Shown here: in pieces, positions 24,623 through 37,068 of the stretch | Position numbering within the stretch: position 1 is the first letter of the stretch | How the letters are laid out: each line of letters begins with the position of its first letter | NCBI GenBank assembly: GCA_963921275.4 | Contig: OZ001293.3 | Span: 1,024,001-1,088,000 of the forward strand | DNA length: 64,000 nucleotides | DNA from: an uncultured Hormoscilla sp. | GTDB taxonomy: Bacteria; Cyanobacteriota; Cyanobacteriia; Cyanobacteriales; Desertifilaceae | Reading direction: 5' to 3' | Position numbers and translations under genes: made by a program | Notes under the pieces: generated by a model | What the model saw: only the letters and a program-made list of their open reading frames with translations | Told to the model about the DNA's origin: nothing | Database searches by the model: none

Positions 24623-26404
24623 ATGAAAAAGTTTTTAGTTCTGTGCTTGTTTATCTTGGGGCTGTCAATGGTCCTGTTAAACTTCAAAGGTCTGGCCAGA
24701 TCGGGAGAGTTTCAGTCTATCGTACTGGACTTTCGGGAAGAGCGAGCGGGCCAGATAACTGAGCAGGTGTGGGCGATCGCGGATCGATACGGGGTCACCC
24801 CCAAACTCAACAGCGAGTTCTCAGATGCGGACAATGTCTATATTGTAGAGGGCGATCTGGCATTGCTGAAGGCCTTGAGAAGGTCCGAACTAAAGGATTA
24901 CACGGAATACATCGAGCCTAACTACGTCTACCAGACTAGCTTAGTACCCAACGATCCGGAATATCCCAAACAGTGGAATCTTCGCAGCATTAACATTGAA
25001 CCAGCTTGGGATGAAACTAAGGGGAATGGGGTGACGGTCGCGGTGCTGGACACGGGCATCAGTAGAGTTCCTGACTTAAAGGAAACGAAGTTTGTCCAAG
25101 GTTACGACTTTGTCAACGATCGCATCGAAGCATACGATGATGTCGGTCACGGTACCCATGTTGCTGGTACTATAGCCCAATCCACCAATAACGAGTATGG
25201 CGTGGCTGGCATCGCCCACGAAGCCAAACTCATGTCCCTAAAGGTGCTGGATACCAGTGGCAGTGGCACGGTTGCGGATATTGCTGAAGCGATCAAATTT
25301 GCCGCCGATCATCAGGCGGATGTAATCAATGTGAGCTTGGGTGGCGGTGGCGAAAGCCAACTGATGAAAGAGGCGATCGATTATGCTCACCAAAAAGGCG
25401 TGACGATCGTGGCAGCAGCTGGCAACTCGAATCAGAATGCTGCTAGCTACCCCGCCCGTTATCCCCATGTCATAGGGGTGGCGGCGATCGGTCCAGCTGA
25501 GGAAAAAGCCCCCTACTCTAACTTTGGAGCTGGCGTGGATATCTCCGCCCCCGGTGGGGTGATTACAGAAAACAGTTCTAGTGGTGGGATTCTCCAAAAT
25601 ACGATCGATCCACAAACTGGCAAACAGATTTTTGCTGCTTACCAGGGCACTAGCATGGCCTCTCCCCATGTCGCCGCTGTGGCAGCTTTGGTGAAATCAG
25701 CCAGCGTAGAAAACCCTGATGAAATCCTAGAGATTCTCAAGCAGTCCTCCAGGAAAGTGGCAGAAGACCCACTTAATCACTTTGGCGCAGGTCATCTGGA
25801 TGCGGCAGCGGCTGTTAAACTCGCCTTGCGAGGACAAATTAATTTTCGGGATTTCTTCTGCTGGTTGCGAGATAATGGCTATCTCAATCCTGGCTTTTGG
25901 ATAGATAGCGGTGCCGTAGCACTCCTGCCCAAGATTGCGATGGTCTTGGGTTCCTATCTGCTAGCATGGTTACTGCGGTATTATTTCCCCTTCGGCTGGA
26001 GTTGGTCCCTGGCTACTGGTCTGGTTGCTGGCAGCAGTGGCCTATTCCCACTACGGGGCTTTTATCTGTTCGACCTGCCGCAATGGCCGTTCCGGATGAT
26101 GGGCAGTTCCATTCCCGAACTGGGTAACGCAGTTACTGGCAGCAGTTTGTTAAACCCCCTGTTTGCCAGTATCCTCATCCCAGCTGTGCTCGTGCTGTTG
26201 CTGCTGGGACATCCTCACTGCAAATGGTTTGCCATTGGCACAACTCTGGGGGTCGCTAGCTGTTTGGCAGTGAATGCTGTTGTAGACCCAGGGATGTTAT
26301 GGTTGGGTGCTGGCATTCCAGCCCGTCTCTTCTTGCTGGTGAATGCTCTATTATGCTTTGCACTGGCTCGTTTGGCAGTGAAAGGAGAAGGGAAGCTGGC
26401 ATGA
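24623..26404 (+). CDS. S8 subtilisin-like serine peptidase with C-terminal membrane domain
   Basis: VAVLDTG, HGTHVAG, GTSMASPHVA catalytic motifs. Confidence 0.93.
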   Translation: MKKFLVLCLFILGLSMVLLNFKGLARSGEFQSIVLDFREERAGQITEQVWAIADRYGVTPKLNSEFSDADNVYIVEGDLALLKALRRSELKDYTEYIEPNYVYQTSLVPNDPEYPKQWNLRSINIEPAWDETKGNGVTVAVLDTGISRVPDLKETKFVQGYDFVNDRIEAYDDVGHGTHVAGTIAQSTNNEYGVAGIAHEAKLMSLKVLDTSGSGTVADIAEAIKFAADHQADVINVSLGGGGESQLMKEAIDYAHQKGVTIVAAAGNSNQNAASYPARYPHVIGVAAIGPAEEKAPYSNFGAGVDISAPGGVITENSSSGGILQNTIDPQTGKQIFAAYQGTSMASPHVAAVAALVKSASVENPDEILEILKQSSRKVAEDPLNHFGAGHLDAAAAVKLALRGQINFRDFFCWLRDNGYLNPGFWIDSGAVALLPKIAMVLGSYLLAWLLRYYFPFGWSWSLATGLVAGSSGLFPLRGFYLFDLPQWPFRMMGSSIPELGNAVTGSSLLNPLFASILIPAVLVLLLLGHPHCKWFAIGTTLGVASCLAVNAVVDPGMLWLGAGIPARLFLLVNALLCFALARLAVKGEGKLA

Positions 26405-26622
26405 GCATTAACGTCACTGGCAAGATCGAACGCAAAGGATTTGGTCCGGGCACTTGGGCTCTGGTAACTGATGAAACTACCTATGAACTTAAAGATGCCC
26501 CGGCTGAGTTATGCCAAGCCGGACTAAAGGTCAAAGTTGCTGGTATTGTCCGAGATGATGTCATGACTTTGGCTATGATTGGTCCGGTTCTGGAAGTTAA
26601 CTCCTTTGAATTGTTGGAATAG
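26401..26622 (+). CDS. Small conserved hypothetical protein
   Basis: MSINVTGKIERKGFGPGTWAL...; ATGA overlap with the S8 stop codon. Confidence 0.8.
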   Translation: MSINVTGKIERKGFGPGTWALVTDETTYELKDAPAELCQAGLKVKVAGIVRDDVMTLAMIGPVLEVNSFELLE

Positions 26623-27469
26623 TGGAGGTAGGGGCAAACTCATCTTATTTTTGAGATGAGTTTGCCCTGGAAATCATCCCCGGTATGGTTGTTAGTGCTC
26701 TTGGGTGTGGTCAAAAGTAGTTGATATCCTGGCAAAAAGGATCGACTCGGGCAGATTACAGCGTAGCGAACGTAATACGAAAATAATAAGTAGTATATGT
26801 AATCATTAGTATTACAAGGGCGGGAGCTGCTTATCAACTGGTTAAATAGTCAGATATGACCTTTTCTTCCCAACTGGTTTTGACCGCACCCAGTGCTCTT
26901 GTATATTTAGCCCCTTGGCTTTTTGCTCCCAATTAAGCAAAAGGCCAGAATATTGAATAATTTCGTATCGTAATTCTATGATGATTTACGGAATTCCAAG
27001 AGTTTTCCGATGGCGAGGTAAATAAATTTGAAGTTTTATACTATAACCTTCAACCTTGAACTTTTATACTTCATCAGTCAGACTTCATCATACTTTCTGA
27101 GGAGATAGAAGTCGATAGCTGAGCAAAAAACCCTCAGTCTATCAGCTGGGGGAGATAAATCAGGGTGCATCTACCATTCCTTTGTTCTCGGGTTTGCCAC
27201 TACCATCCGGATAAATTTTAGCTCGATGTCTCCGCCGTGTCTCCGATGTGCTCTGCGCGCTCGCGGTAGGGTAATTTTTTGGGGTGCATATAAGAGCAAC
27301 TTTTTGGAGTGCTAATCTTATGGGAAGGCGTAGAAATTGAGACTAAATAAAGCTGTTAACGGGAATTGGTCAGTTGCGTAGGGCGGGCGGATCGCCTGCC
27401 CGTCAATTGTCAATTTTGAATGCAGCACGAAGCCTCGATTTGAGAAGCAAGCAGGAGTGCAGGTGAAGT

Positions 27470-30199
27470 GTGACTCAAGAATTTCATCTTTCTGTGACCC
27501 CGGTGGGAGCAGATACCTATTTAGTGCGGACGGAACAGGTGGCTCGTGGCGTGCCACTGGCAGAAGAGCAAGTTGTCTGGCCAGTTTCTGATTGGTTAAA
27601 TCGGGCTCGTCAACTCTATTTAGACCCAATACAGGGCTGGCTAGAGACCCCTGTATTATCAAACTCAGAACCCGCTCTCCCTGTAGCCCCCTCGGGGGCA
27701 CGACCTCATTTATTGTCTCTGGGTCAGCAGCTCTATGAGGCTTTGTTTCAGGGGACTATTCGCGATAGTTGGCTGATCGCTGGGGTGCTGGCCCAGGACC
27801 GGGGCGAAAAGCTGCGGCTGCGGTTGGGACTGAAAACGTCCGATCGCGTAGCGTGCGCTCCGCGCAATCGATGTCTCCTGGGTAGTACGAATAGTGCTTC
27901 CAGGAGACATCGAAGCTGTTTGGCTCGCTTGCCTTGGGAGGTGCTCCATGATGGCTCTCGCCCTCTTGCTACTGGCACGGATGTGGTGTTTTCTCGCTAT
28001 CATCCGGTACATATCTCTTCATTTAATGGCTCTTCCGATCGCGAGTTATCGGCAGATCCCTTAAAGATTTTAATGGTGATCGCGGCCCCGAGCGATCAGG
28101 AAACTCTGGAGCTGGAACGGGAAGCCCGCAATTTGCAAGCGGAACTGCAACTGGCGAATGGGTCTGTTGGCCAAATTCAACTGACTATCTTAGCTCAGGC
28201 GGACCGGGAGCAATTGACTCAAGCCTTGGAACAAGGGAAATATGATGTTTTTCACTACGCGGGCCATAGTAACCTGGGGGTGTCTGGGGGAGAGATTTAT
28301 CTGGTCAGCGGCAGAACTGGTCTGACGGAAAGGTTAACTGGGGACGACCTGGCGGGGTTGCTAGTTAATAATGGTATCCACGTAGCGGTGTTTAATTCCT
28401 GCCGCAGTGCTGATGGGGTGGCCGAGAGGGGCGATCGCAATTTGGCAGAAATCCTAGTCTTGCGGGGTATTCCGGGGGTGTTGGCCATGGCCGAACGCAT
28501 TCCCGATCAAGTGGCCCTCACTCTCAGCCAGCTGCTTTACCGCAACCTCAAGCAGGGCTATCCGATTGATTTGAGCCTGTCTCGTGCTAGACAGGGACTG
28601 ATTTCTGCTTACGGTTCTCATCAGCTGTACTGGGCTTTGCCTATCCTTTACCTCCAGCCTGGGTTTGACGGTTGTCTTACCTCCAACGGCTCCCGAGAAT
28701 GGGATTGTCTGTCTGCTGAACCAGAAGATCAAATGTCCGATGGGACGATTCTGCCAGATGGCGATCGCACCAAAGAACTTGGCTTATACCAGGAGGCGGT
28801 CTCTGGCAAGGATAATGATTTACTGGCTGACAACAATTTAGGCTTGACCTTATATAGTCAAGGACCTATTCATGATGCGATCGGGGTCAAGCAGCTAGCT
28901 GCTTCGATGTCTCTTGGGAGCACCTCGTTCCCAGGCTCTGCCTGGGAACGTACTACCCAGGAGACATCGCTAGCTAATCTGAATTTTGCTGATGCCCATT
29001 ATAACTTGGGGGTGGCTTTTTACGAACAAGGACAGCTCGAACAGGCGATCGCCTCTTACCTCAAGGCGATCGAAATTAATCCTGACTTCGCTGATGCTCA
29101 CAATAATTTGGGCATAGCTTTCTATGAGCTGGGACGCATTGATGAGGCGATCGCCGCTTACCAGCAGGCTCTTGTAATTGACCCCCTCCACGGTAATGCT
29201 AACTATAACTTGAATCTCGCCCGCCTGTCTGGATCCAGACTCTCAGTTGCTGCGCCCACTAAGAGTCTGGATCCTCAAGCAGAACAATTGTCAGCTGTTC
29301 TGGAGAGTGGGAATGAGAATTTATCTCAAGAGCAAATCTCAATTGAGAGTAAGTTTTTGAAATGGCTGTGCTTGGGCATGGGGGTAACTGCTTTATTTTT
29401 GTTCTTCGGGTTGTTTCGCTGGCAGCCTAGTTCCCGGTTGGACCCACTACCTCCCTACCTGGATCCCCCTCCTGCTTCGATGTCTCCGGAGAGCGCTAGG
29501 AGCACTACTTCGGAGACATCGAATGCTAATTCTGACTCTTCTAATGATAACATAAATATTACAGATCGCGCCGCTCAACTTTTCCGTGAGGGTAAGATCG
29601 ACCTCGGGTCAACTGAGGTGGAAAAACTCTTAGACTCGGGCGTGCTCAACTTTGCTTTGGCAGCGATCGCTGCCGTGCCCAAAGACCAAATTAATCACCC
29701 TCGCATCAGTTATCTTCGGGGCCGACTGGCATGGCAGCAGATCCAACAAGGGAACAGCAACTACAGCTTGGACGATGTGCGACGTTTCTGGGAATGGGCC
29801 GCCAAGCAGGAAGGGGATAACCCTATTTATTACAATGCTCTTGGTTTTGCTTATTATGCTCTTGGTAATCTGGATCCAGCTTACTATAGCTGGATCCAGG
29901 TACTGGAGTTGATTAAAAATTCCCAACTACCTGACCAAAAAACACAACAAGTTTGCCCTGTTAATCAAGATGGATTGACTGCTTGTGCTGGGTTAGCTCT
30001 TGTGCTTTTCAAATCTGCCCAGAACCTACCCCTCGACCAACAGGATCCTTTGCTCGATCGGGCTCAAGCCTTGCACCAGCAGGTAATCCAGGCCGATCGG
30101 AGCAATTTTCAGCCCTTGGCCTTAGCTAAAAATAACTGGCTCTGGACCGAAACCGCCATCGCTGATTGGCGATCGCTATTTGTTGAGAATGAGAATTAA
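27470..30199 (+). CDS. hetF: HetF-like CHAT-domain/TPR protein carrying several in-frame repeat insertions
   Basis: N-terminus QEFHLSVTPVG...YLVRTEQVARGVPLAEE; HYAGH and FNSC CHAT dyad; TPRs; TM segment. Confidence 0.85.
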   Translation: MTQEFHLSVTPVGADTYLVRTEQVARGVPLAEEQVVWPVSDWLNRARQLYLDPIQGWLETPVLSNSEPALPVAPSGARPHLLSLGQQLYEALFQGTIRDSWLIAGVLAQDRGEKLRLRLGLKTSDRVACAPRNRCLLGSTNSASRRHRSCLARLPWEVLHDGSRPLATGTDVVFSRYHPVHISSFNGSSDRELSADPLKILMVIAAPSDQETLELEREARNLQAELQLANGSVGQIQLTILAQADREQLTQALEQGKYDVFHYAGHSNLGVSGGEIYLVSGRTGLTERLTGDDLAGLLVNNGIHVAVFNSCRSADGVAERGDRNLAEILVLRGIPGVLAMAERIPDQVALTLSQLLYRNLKQGYPIDLSLSRARQGLISAYGSHQLYWALPILYLQPGFDGCLTSNGSREWDCLSAEPEDQMSDGTILPDGDRTKELGLYQEAVSGKDNDLLADNNLGLTLYSQGPIHDAIGVKQLAASMSLGSTSFPGSAWERTTQETSLANLNFADAHYNLGVAFYEQGQLEQAIASYLKAIEINPDFADAHNNLGIAFYELGRIDEAIAAYQQALVIDPLHGNANYNLNLARLSGSRLSVAAPTKSLDPQAEQLSAVLESGNENLSQEQISIESKFLKWLCLGMGVTALFLFFGLFRWQPSSRLDPLPPYLDPPPASMSPESARSTTSETSNANSDSSNDNINITDRAAQLFREGKIDLGSTEVEKLLDSGVLNFALAAIAAVPKDQINHPRISYLRGRLAWQQIQQGNSNYSLDDVRRFWEWAAKQEGDNPIYYNALGFAYYALGNLDPAYYSWIQVLELIKNSQLPDQKTQQVCPVNQDGLTACAGLALVLFKSAQNLPLDQQDPLLDRAQALHQQVIQADRSNFQPLALAKNNWLWTETAIADWRSLFVENEN
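27871..27915 (-). repeat. 45-bp hairpin element, in frame in hetF, nested in a 24-nt repeat
   Basis: Encodes [15 protein letters not shown]. Confidence 0.9.
28902..28967 (+). repeat. 45-bp hairpin element with a 21-nt longer loop (66 bp), in frame in hetF
   Basis: Loop contains CGTTCCCAGGCTCTGCCTGGGAACG; related sequence near 9153. Confidence 0.88.
29475..29519 (+). repeat. Diverged 45-bp hairpin element, in frame in hetF
   Basis: CTTCGATGTCTCCGGAGAGCGCTAGGAGCACTACTTCGGAGACAT; compensatory stem changes. Confidence 0.85.
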
Positions 30200-30371
30200 A
30201 AATTGAGAATTGCTTCGAGTATTCCCTCGTTCCCTGTCTCTGGCAGAGAACGCGATCTTGAGGCTCTGCGGACAGTCAGATATCCACGGGAATATCTGTA
30301 GTTGATGCCACTTGATAAAAGACAAAGTTACTGTTACAATATTTAATAGGAGAGAGCAGGAGTTAGTGAGA

Positions 30372-30598
30372 ATGTCAGAGAAACTAATAGCCGACTTGAC
30401 AGTAGACGAACTCAAAGCTTTGATTGCAGAGGTGATAGACGAGCGCATGAGGTACTGGCCAAAATTTGAGCCAGTGGTAGACAAAGTGGCTTTGAAGAAA
30501 ACTTTGGAGTCGATCGACAGCCATATGTGGACACGCTGACGCTACCACCAGGAGCGCGCTCGACGCTGGAAATGTTACGTGAGGATAGAGGCAGATAA
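30372..30598 (+). pseudogene. Putative antitoxin (disrupted)
   Basis: MSEKLIADLTVDELKALI...; tail STLEMLREDR lies beyond a stop; overlaps the PIN gene start. Confidence 0.6.
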
Positions 30599-30995
30599 TG
30601 GCAACTTATGTAGTTGATACCAGTGTAGTGTTCAGCGTTTCATCATAGAGCAATACACAGGTGCGGGTATTGTTGGAGCGGATGCATCAAGGCGATCAGT
30701 TATATATTCCTGAGTTTTGTACGAGCGAGTGCGTCAAGGTTTTGTGGAAGAATGTTCGCTTTCAAGGACTGCCACAGACAGATGCAGAGCAATTTATTGA
30801 TGAACTGTTGGCTCTAACGTTTCAGATTGTACCAGTCAAGTATCTACTTTTGCAGGCTTTGCAAATTGGCTTGACTCGTCAATTGGCAGTGTACGATTCC
30901 CTTTATATTGCTTTGGCTTTAAAGCTGAATTGCCCATTAATTACAGTAGACGATCGTTAAGCAGCGGCGGCGGCAGAAAACGGTGTTACCCTAGT
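30598..30995 (+). pseudogene. VapC/PIN-domain toxin (frameshifted, premature stop)
   Basis: MATYVVDTSVV...AVYDSLYIALA...LITVD. Confidence 0.8.
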
Positions 30996-30998
30996 ATG

Positions 30999-31833
30999 CT
31001 ATCGCCGCCCCAGTAGCAAACTAATACCTACAAGAGCAAAAGTCAATAAGCCAGCCGTAGATTCTGGTACAGACTTGGGAGAGAAGACAACCTTACCAAA
31101 AATCTGGACATTAATATCTGAGGACTTGTTCCACCCGTTGCCATTGCTATCGACGGTCCCCAAGAATGTGCCCCTCGCATCAAATTCTAGAAATTGATTG
31201 TCCGCACCTTCCTGGGGCGAACCACTCAAGGTAGCGTTGGCAGCGTGGATGTAGGCAGGATAGAAAAAGTCTTGCCCTGGTACTTGACCCCCGAACACCA
31301 AAGCGATATTCTTCTCCACCGGCGATCTCCCAATTGAGATTGTTAAAATCTACTTGCCAAATATTAACTTCCTCACCAAAGTTGTTGTAGTTGGCGCCAT
31401 TGGAATAGGTGACTTAGGTGAATGTCACATTGCTGTCGTTGATAAAGTTGTCAGTCGTTGCAACTGGCGATATATCACTGCCCGACCTATCACCAGTGAA
31501 AAGGGTAACGCTTTCAAACCATTCTCCCAAATTGGCAGGGTCACTAATAGAAAGACCGGGTACTATCCAAGTGCGGATCCTGTCGATCGCATAAGTTTCG
31601 CCAGTTGTTCCTATAGTGAAATCATCACCATAGAATTCTTGGCTATTAACACCGGTGTCCCACCGGATATTAGAGCGGTTTGCGTCATTCCCGTTGAGGT
31701 TTTCTGCTGGCAGTCCCCGTGAGAACAAAAGGGCCCCATGAGCTGGCCCTGTGCTATCGGACAGTACAACTCCAGCAGCGGCGATGGTGGGGACGACTGT
31801 TGCGAGCGCTATATTTTTCCAATTCCTGACCAT
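30999..31833 (-). pseudogene. PEP-CTERM sorting-domain exported protein (broken)
   Basis: Signal-like N-terminus; C-terminal VPE + TM helix + RR; split over two ORFs. Confidence 0.75.
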
Positions 31834-32183
31834 GTTCAAAGCTCCTGAAAAAGATTTTTTACCGCAAAAGATGGTGCTGGGGTGTATATTACGGGAATCT
31901 ATGTTAAGTATTAGAGACTGATCTGTTGGAAAATCAATATTGGCATCAGTTCGGCCAGTCGGTGTGGTACCGGCGATCTTTGGTCAATTTCATCAATGAC
32001 TGGCTGAAAAAAGCTGACCGGGATTTTTACGTATTTATACTCAAAGAGCGGGCTCGCTCTAGTATTATAACGCAAGATTGATGTTCAAATGTCCTAGAAA
32101 AATTCAGTAATAATCACGATGGTAAATCGGGAGCAAGCAGTAAGAATGGGAAAAGGAATTTTGACGAAAGAGGCGGAAAACCA

Positions 32184-32959
32184 ATGAAGGGACTAGAAGA
32201 AACCTATTTGTTTTTACCAGACTTTCAATGGGATCTTTCCGGCCAGTTGCTGGGGCCATTATTAGAACCGGCGGCCCATCATCAGGGAACTGGCAGTGGT
32301 GGGGTGGTAGAAGATGAGTTGATGATACGGGAAACTGCTGCTCCGAGAAAATTAGATAAAATAGAGCGTCCCATTGGCGGCTTCAGTTCTGAGCCATTGC
32401 TGTCGGAGGAATTTGAAGAAAATTTAGCGAGCGCCAGACAGACCTCATAACAGGAAAAAAGGTCCGGCAAGTGCCGGTCAGACCTCGTGCAGAGGTTCTG
32501 CAAGTATCTAATGAGAAAGGGGGAATTGACGGACAGAATTATACTTTAGAAGTTAGCGCCCCTTCGATGTCTCCTGGGAGCAATATTCGTACTACCCAGG
32601 AGACATCGCCACCCAATCGATCGCCCCTATTTAGCTCGTCGCCGGTGGTTGAGGCCAGAGTCAATACAGCATATAGTTACATACCCACAGTTGTAGACCC
32701 TGATGGCGACTTCTTGACTATAAGTTTGGTTGATGGACCGGAGGGAATGGCGGTCAACCCCGATACGTTTGAGGTAACTTGGACGCCAACAAGCGACCAG
32801 TTGGGGATTGGTGATGTCACCCTGAGGGTAACAGATGGACGGGGTGGGACGGCAGAGCAACAATTTTTGGTTATGGCACTCATTGAAGCAGGAAATGCAC
32901 CGCCGACGATTGTATCGTCACCGAAAACGACGGTTGATCGAGGTACTGACTATGTATAG
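32184..32959 (+). pseudogene. 5' exon of the giant Ig/Calx-beta/RHS gene (frame broken near 32450)
   Basis: 32497-32959 is paralogous to 40112-40530 and continues at 37069. Confidence 0.85.
32562..32606 (+). repeat. 45-bp hairpin element, in frame
   Basis: Absent from the paralogous linker at 40171-40190. Confidence 0.93.
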
Positions 32960-33197
32960 GTGCGATTCGTTTAGCGTAAACTAACTTGACACAAGTCAAG
33001 GAGGGGGACCGCTACCGGGATTTCGTAAGTCCCGAAAACTTACAGGTGATGGTGGTGAAAGCCCGCCCCTCCAGGTGCAGGAGTGACAGCACCCTCCCCA
33101 CGGTAGCGATGGCATCAATCCGTGAAGCGGGAAGGAAAGGCGCTATGGCTGGGAGCCTAGACCGGTCATCGTCGAGCAAGTAACTATGATGAGCGTA

Positions 33198-34032
<835 letters not shown>

Positions 34033-34394
34033 AAGCGAAGGTTTGCAACGTCGTAAAGCCTATCCAGTGTAATAAGGCTGATACACTGGCCCAAAAAGGG
34101 AAAGGATACTGGTCATTGGCGGATGTATACCCGACCAATAAGCACTGACAATAAACCCGGCGTAGAGAACCCGTCTAAGGTTACGACCAATCATCTGTAG
34201 GAACGAAGTAACCCGGTTGTAGCACTCTCCATCACCGGTCGATAGATAGAGTAGCCACCACAGGCGTAACATCTGCTCTCCGGAAGGCAGGACGCAACTG
34301 GGGGAGATTGAGTGGAGAAGCAAATGCCTGTCTGTAATGGATAGGATAAGCTGACGCCCTCACGGTCTCGTCAATTGTGAAGTTGTAAGTAGTA

Positions 34395-37062
34395 GTGAAT
34401 ATGTCACGGAACTTAGTCGAAAGACAAGAGTATGAATGGAAGACTGTCGCCTGGCGAAAGCTGGAAAGGATAGTTTTTAAGCTGCAAAAGCGAATTTACA
34501 GAGCGGCACTGGAAGGTAATAAGCAGAAGGTTCGTAAGCTCCAAGGATTACTAAATAGGTCATGGTCCGCGAAGATGATAGCGGTACGGCAGGTAACACA
34601 ACAAAACCAGGGAAAGAAGACGGCTGGTGTGGATGGTGTGAAAGCACTGACCCCAAAAGAACGTATCGAACTGGTAGGTCAAATCAAAGTTACTCGAAAG
34701 GCGAAGGCAAAAGCCACACGAAGAGTGTGGATACCGAAGCCACGAAGGGAGGAGAAGCGGCCATTAGGAATACCAACGATGCACGACCGCGCACTTCAGG
34801 GATTGGTTAAAGAAGCGCTAGAGCCTGAATGGGAAGCGTATATGGAAGCCAATTCCTACGGGTTTAGACCAGGTAGGGGATGTCATGATGCAGTTGCAGC
34901 GATATTCGCTAGCATCAGTCAAAAATCGAAATGGGTGTTAGATGCGGATATTGCGAAGTGTTTCGACGAAATTGACCATTCCGCGCTCCTAAAGAAATTG
35001 AATACTACGTCACCAATCCGTAAACAAATACGGGCATGGCTAAAAGCTGGGGTGATGGACCGGGGAAGGATGGAATCCACAGAAGCCGGAACTCCCCAAG
35101 GTGGGGTTATATCTCCATTACTAGCCAATATAGCTTTACATGGGCTGGAAGGGGTAGTAATGGGTCTCGCTCACACAAAAAGAGAGAAGGAGAAGTTAAC
35201 CGTAGTAAGATATGCGGATGACTTTGTGGTAATACATAATGACCGGTCGATGATTGAGGAAGCTCAAGGAGTGATTGAGGAGTGGTTGAAGGGAATAGGG
35301 CTGGAGCAAAAAGCCGAGAAAACGAAGATATCCCACACATTGGAAGGAGAGAGCCCTGGATTTGACTTCTTAGGGTTCAATATCCGACAATATAAAGTAG
35401 GGAAACACAGAAGCGGCAAACTCTGTAACGGAACCCCCCTAGGATTCAAGACCCTAATCAAGCCTAGCGATAAATCCATAAGGAATCATAAAGAGCAGCT
35501 ATCAGAGATAGTTCGCCGCCATAAAGGGGCACCGCAAACGGCCTTAATAGCAAGACTAAACCCGATGATAAGGGGATGGAGCAACTATTATAGGACGGTG
35601 GTAAGTAAAGAAACTTACAGCTCTATGGATAACTACTTATGGAAGTTGTTATGGCGATGGGCAAAGAGAAGACATCCTAACAAAACGGGCAAATGGATTG
35701 CTAGTAAGTACTGGGGTATGACCGGGAAAGACCGGTGGAGGTTCGCTGGCAAGTCTAAAGAAGATGGAGGAATGAAGCTAAACCGATACTCTGAAACTGA
35801 AATAATCGGATGGGGTCGAGCCGGGAATCGCTTCCCGACCCTCCCTTGAGGAACCGGACTTGCGATTTTCACCGCATCCGGCTACTGGGTACTAGGCCCT
35901 TTTCATAGGTAGACTTAATAGGAATTACTTCCGTTAGCCCTTGCCGCCTGTCTTTTCTTCCCTTTCCTGGTTTAGCGAGTGGTTGTTCTGATAACCGTTA
36001 GTATCACCATTTTCAAGTCAGTTTTACCAGTTATCCATACCTTATCCTCCACTTGCGTTTCGGATTAGTTCCGTGGCTTTTTAGGATTACTCATTCCAGC
36101 AGCTTCCTAGTATCACCGACCCACGTCAGCGCTGGCTACCCAGCATCATCTACATTACTGTAGATGTTATCCCAGGAATTACCCCGGGCATTCGCTTCTT
36201 GGGCCATCCCTCCCCCCGTGGCTTGCGCTTAACATCTAACTTGTCCTGATGGACAGCACACGAGAGGTTACTTCGTTCCCTAACAACATTTCGCGATACC
36301 TTTAGGTCCACACTATACCCCGGGAGCTATTTGAGTACTATATTAGCCAGAGTCTAAAACTAATACTAGCTACCATTTCCTTTTTAGGCCAGCGCATATA
36401 GCCTTATTTCGCTGGTTCCTTATAACGAGGCTTGCACATGTTTGCCTGCTCTAACCTTGGATATCTTTCCTAGCGGCGTCACCGGCTTAGGCTGCCAGTT
36501 ATCCTACATTTGAGTCCTCGCTTAGCACCACGATGATGTCGCTTCGTAGCACCGAGGACCGGTGTCACCCCCGTACCTGGGGGGAGGGGAATTTAACCCC
36601 CATGCGGTCAGAGTTCCCGGCTAATGAAACCGGGCTAGCGTTCCGTGTTTGACCACGTTAGGCTAGAACGAATCGCACAGACACGTAAAGGTTAAGGGGA
36701 CAGCTAGCCCGTTTGACGGTAATCTGGTTTATTGGAGCAAAAGACTGAGAAAAAGCCCGGATGTGAGCGCTAGAGTTATCAGACTGCTAAAAGAGCAGGA
36801 TGGTAAGTGTGTGCACTGCGGACTGAAATTCAAAGATGGCGACAAATGGGAGGTTGACCATATTCTACCAGTTTCTAAAGGAGGTAAAGACTGGTATACC
36901 AACCTACAGTTGCTGCATGATTATTGCCATGATGTAAAGTCTGCCAGAGATGGTGACAAAGGCCGTATCCATGACAAGGATGGCGAAACTGAGGAGCCGG
37001 ATGAGGTGAAAGTCTCACGTCCGGTTCTGAAGACGAGTCGGCGGGGTGACCCGTTGGCTTAG
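34395..37062 (+). pseudogene. Intron-encoded RT-maturase-HNH protein, split at 35807/36679
   Basis: RT motifs with YADD intact; rejoined ETEII|RHVKVKG; HNH CVHC...VDH...NLQLLHDYCH. Confidence 0.93.
35808..36678 (-). mobile_element. ORF-less group II intron, copy A' (871 bp), antisense within the RT ORF
   Basis: Differs from 4772-5641 by about one substitution and one indel (by eye). Confidence 0.95.
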
Positions 37063-37068
37063 TTTAAT

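Noticed and set aside
34395..35849. RT as part of a DGR or retron, with the RHS gene as target
   Set aside because: It lies within clear group II intron domains with an HNH tail; no adenine-specific TR/VR pair was seen
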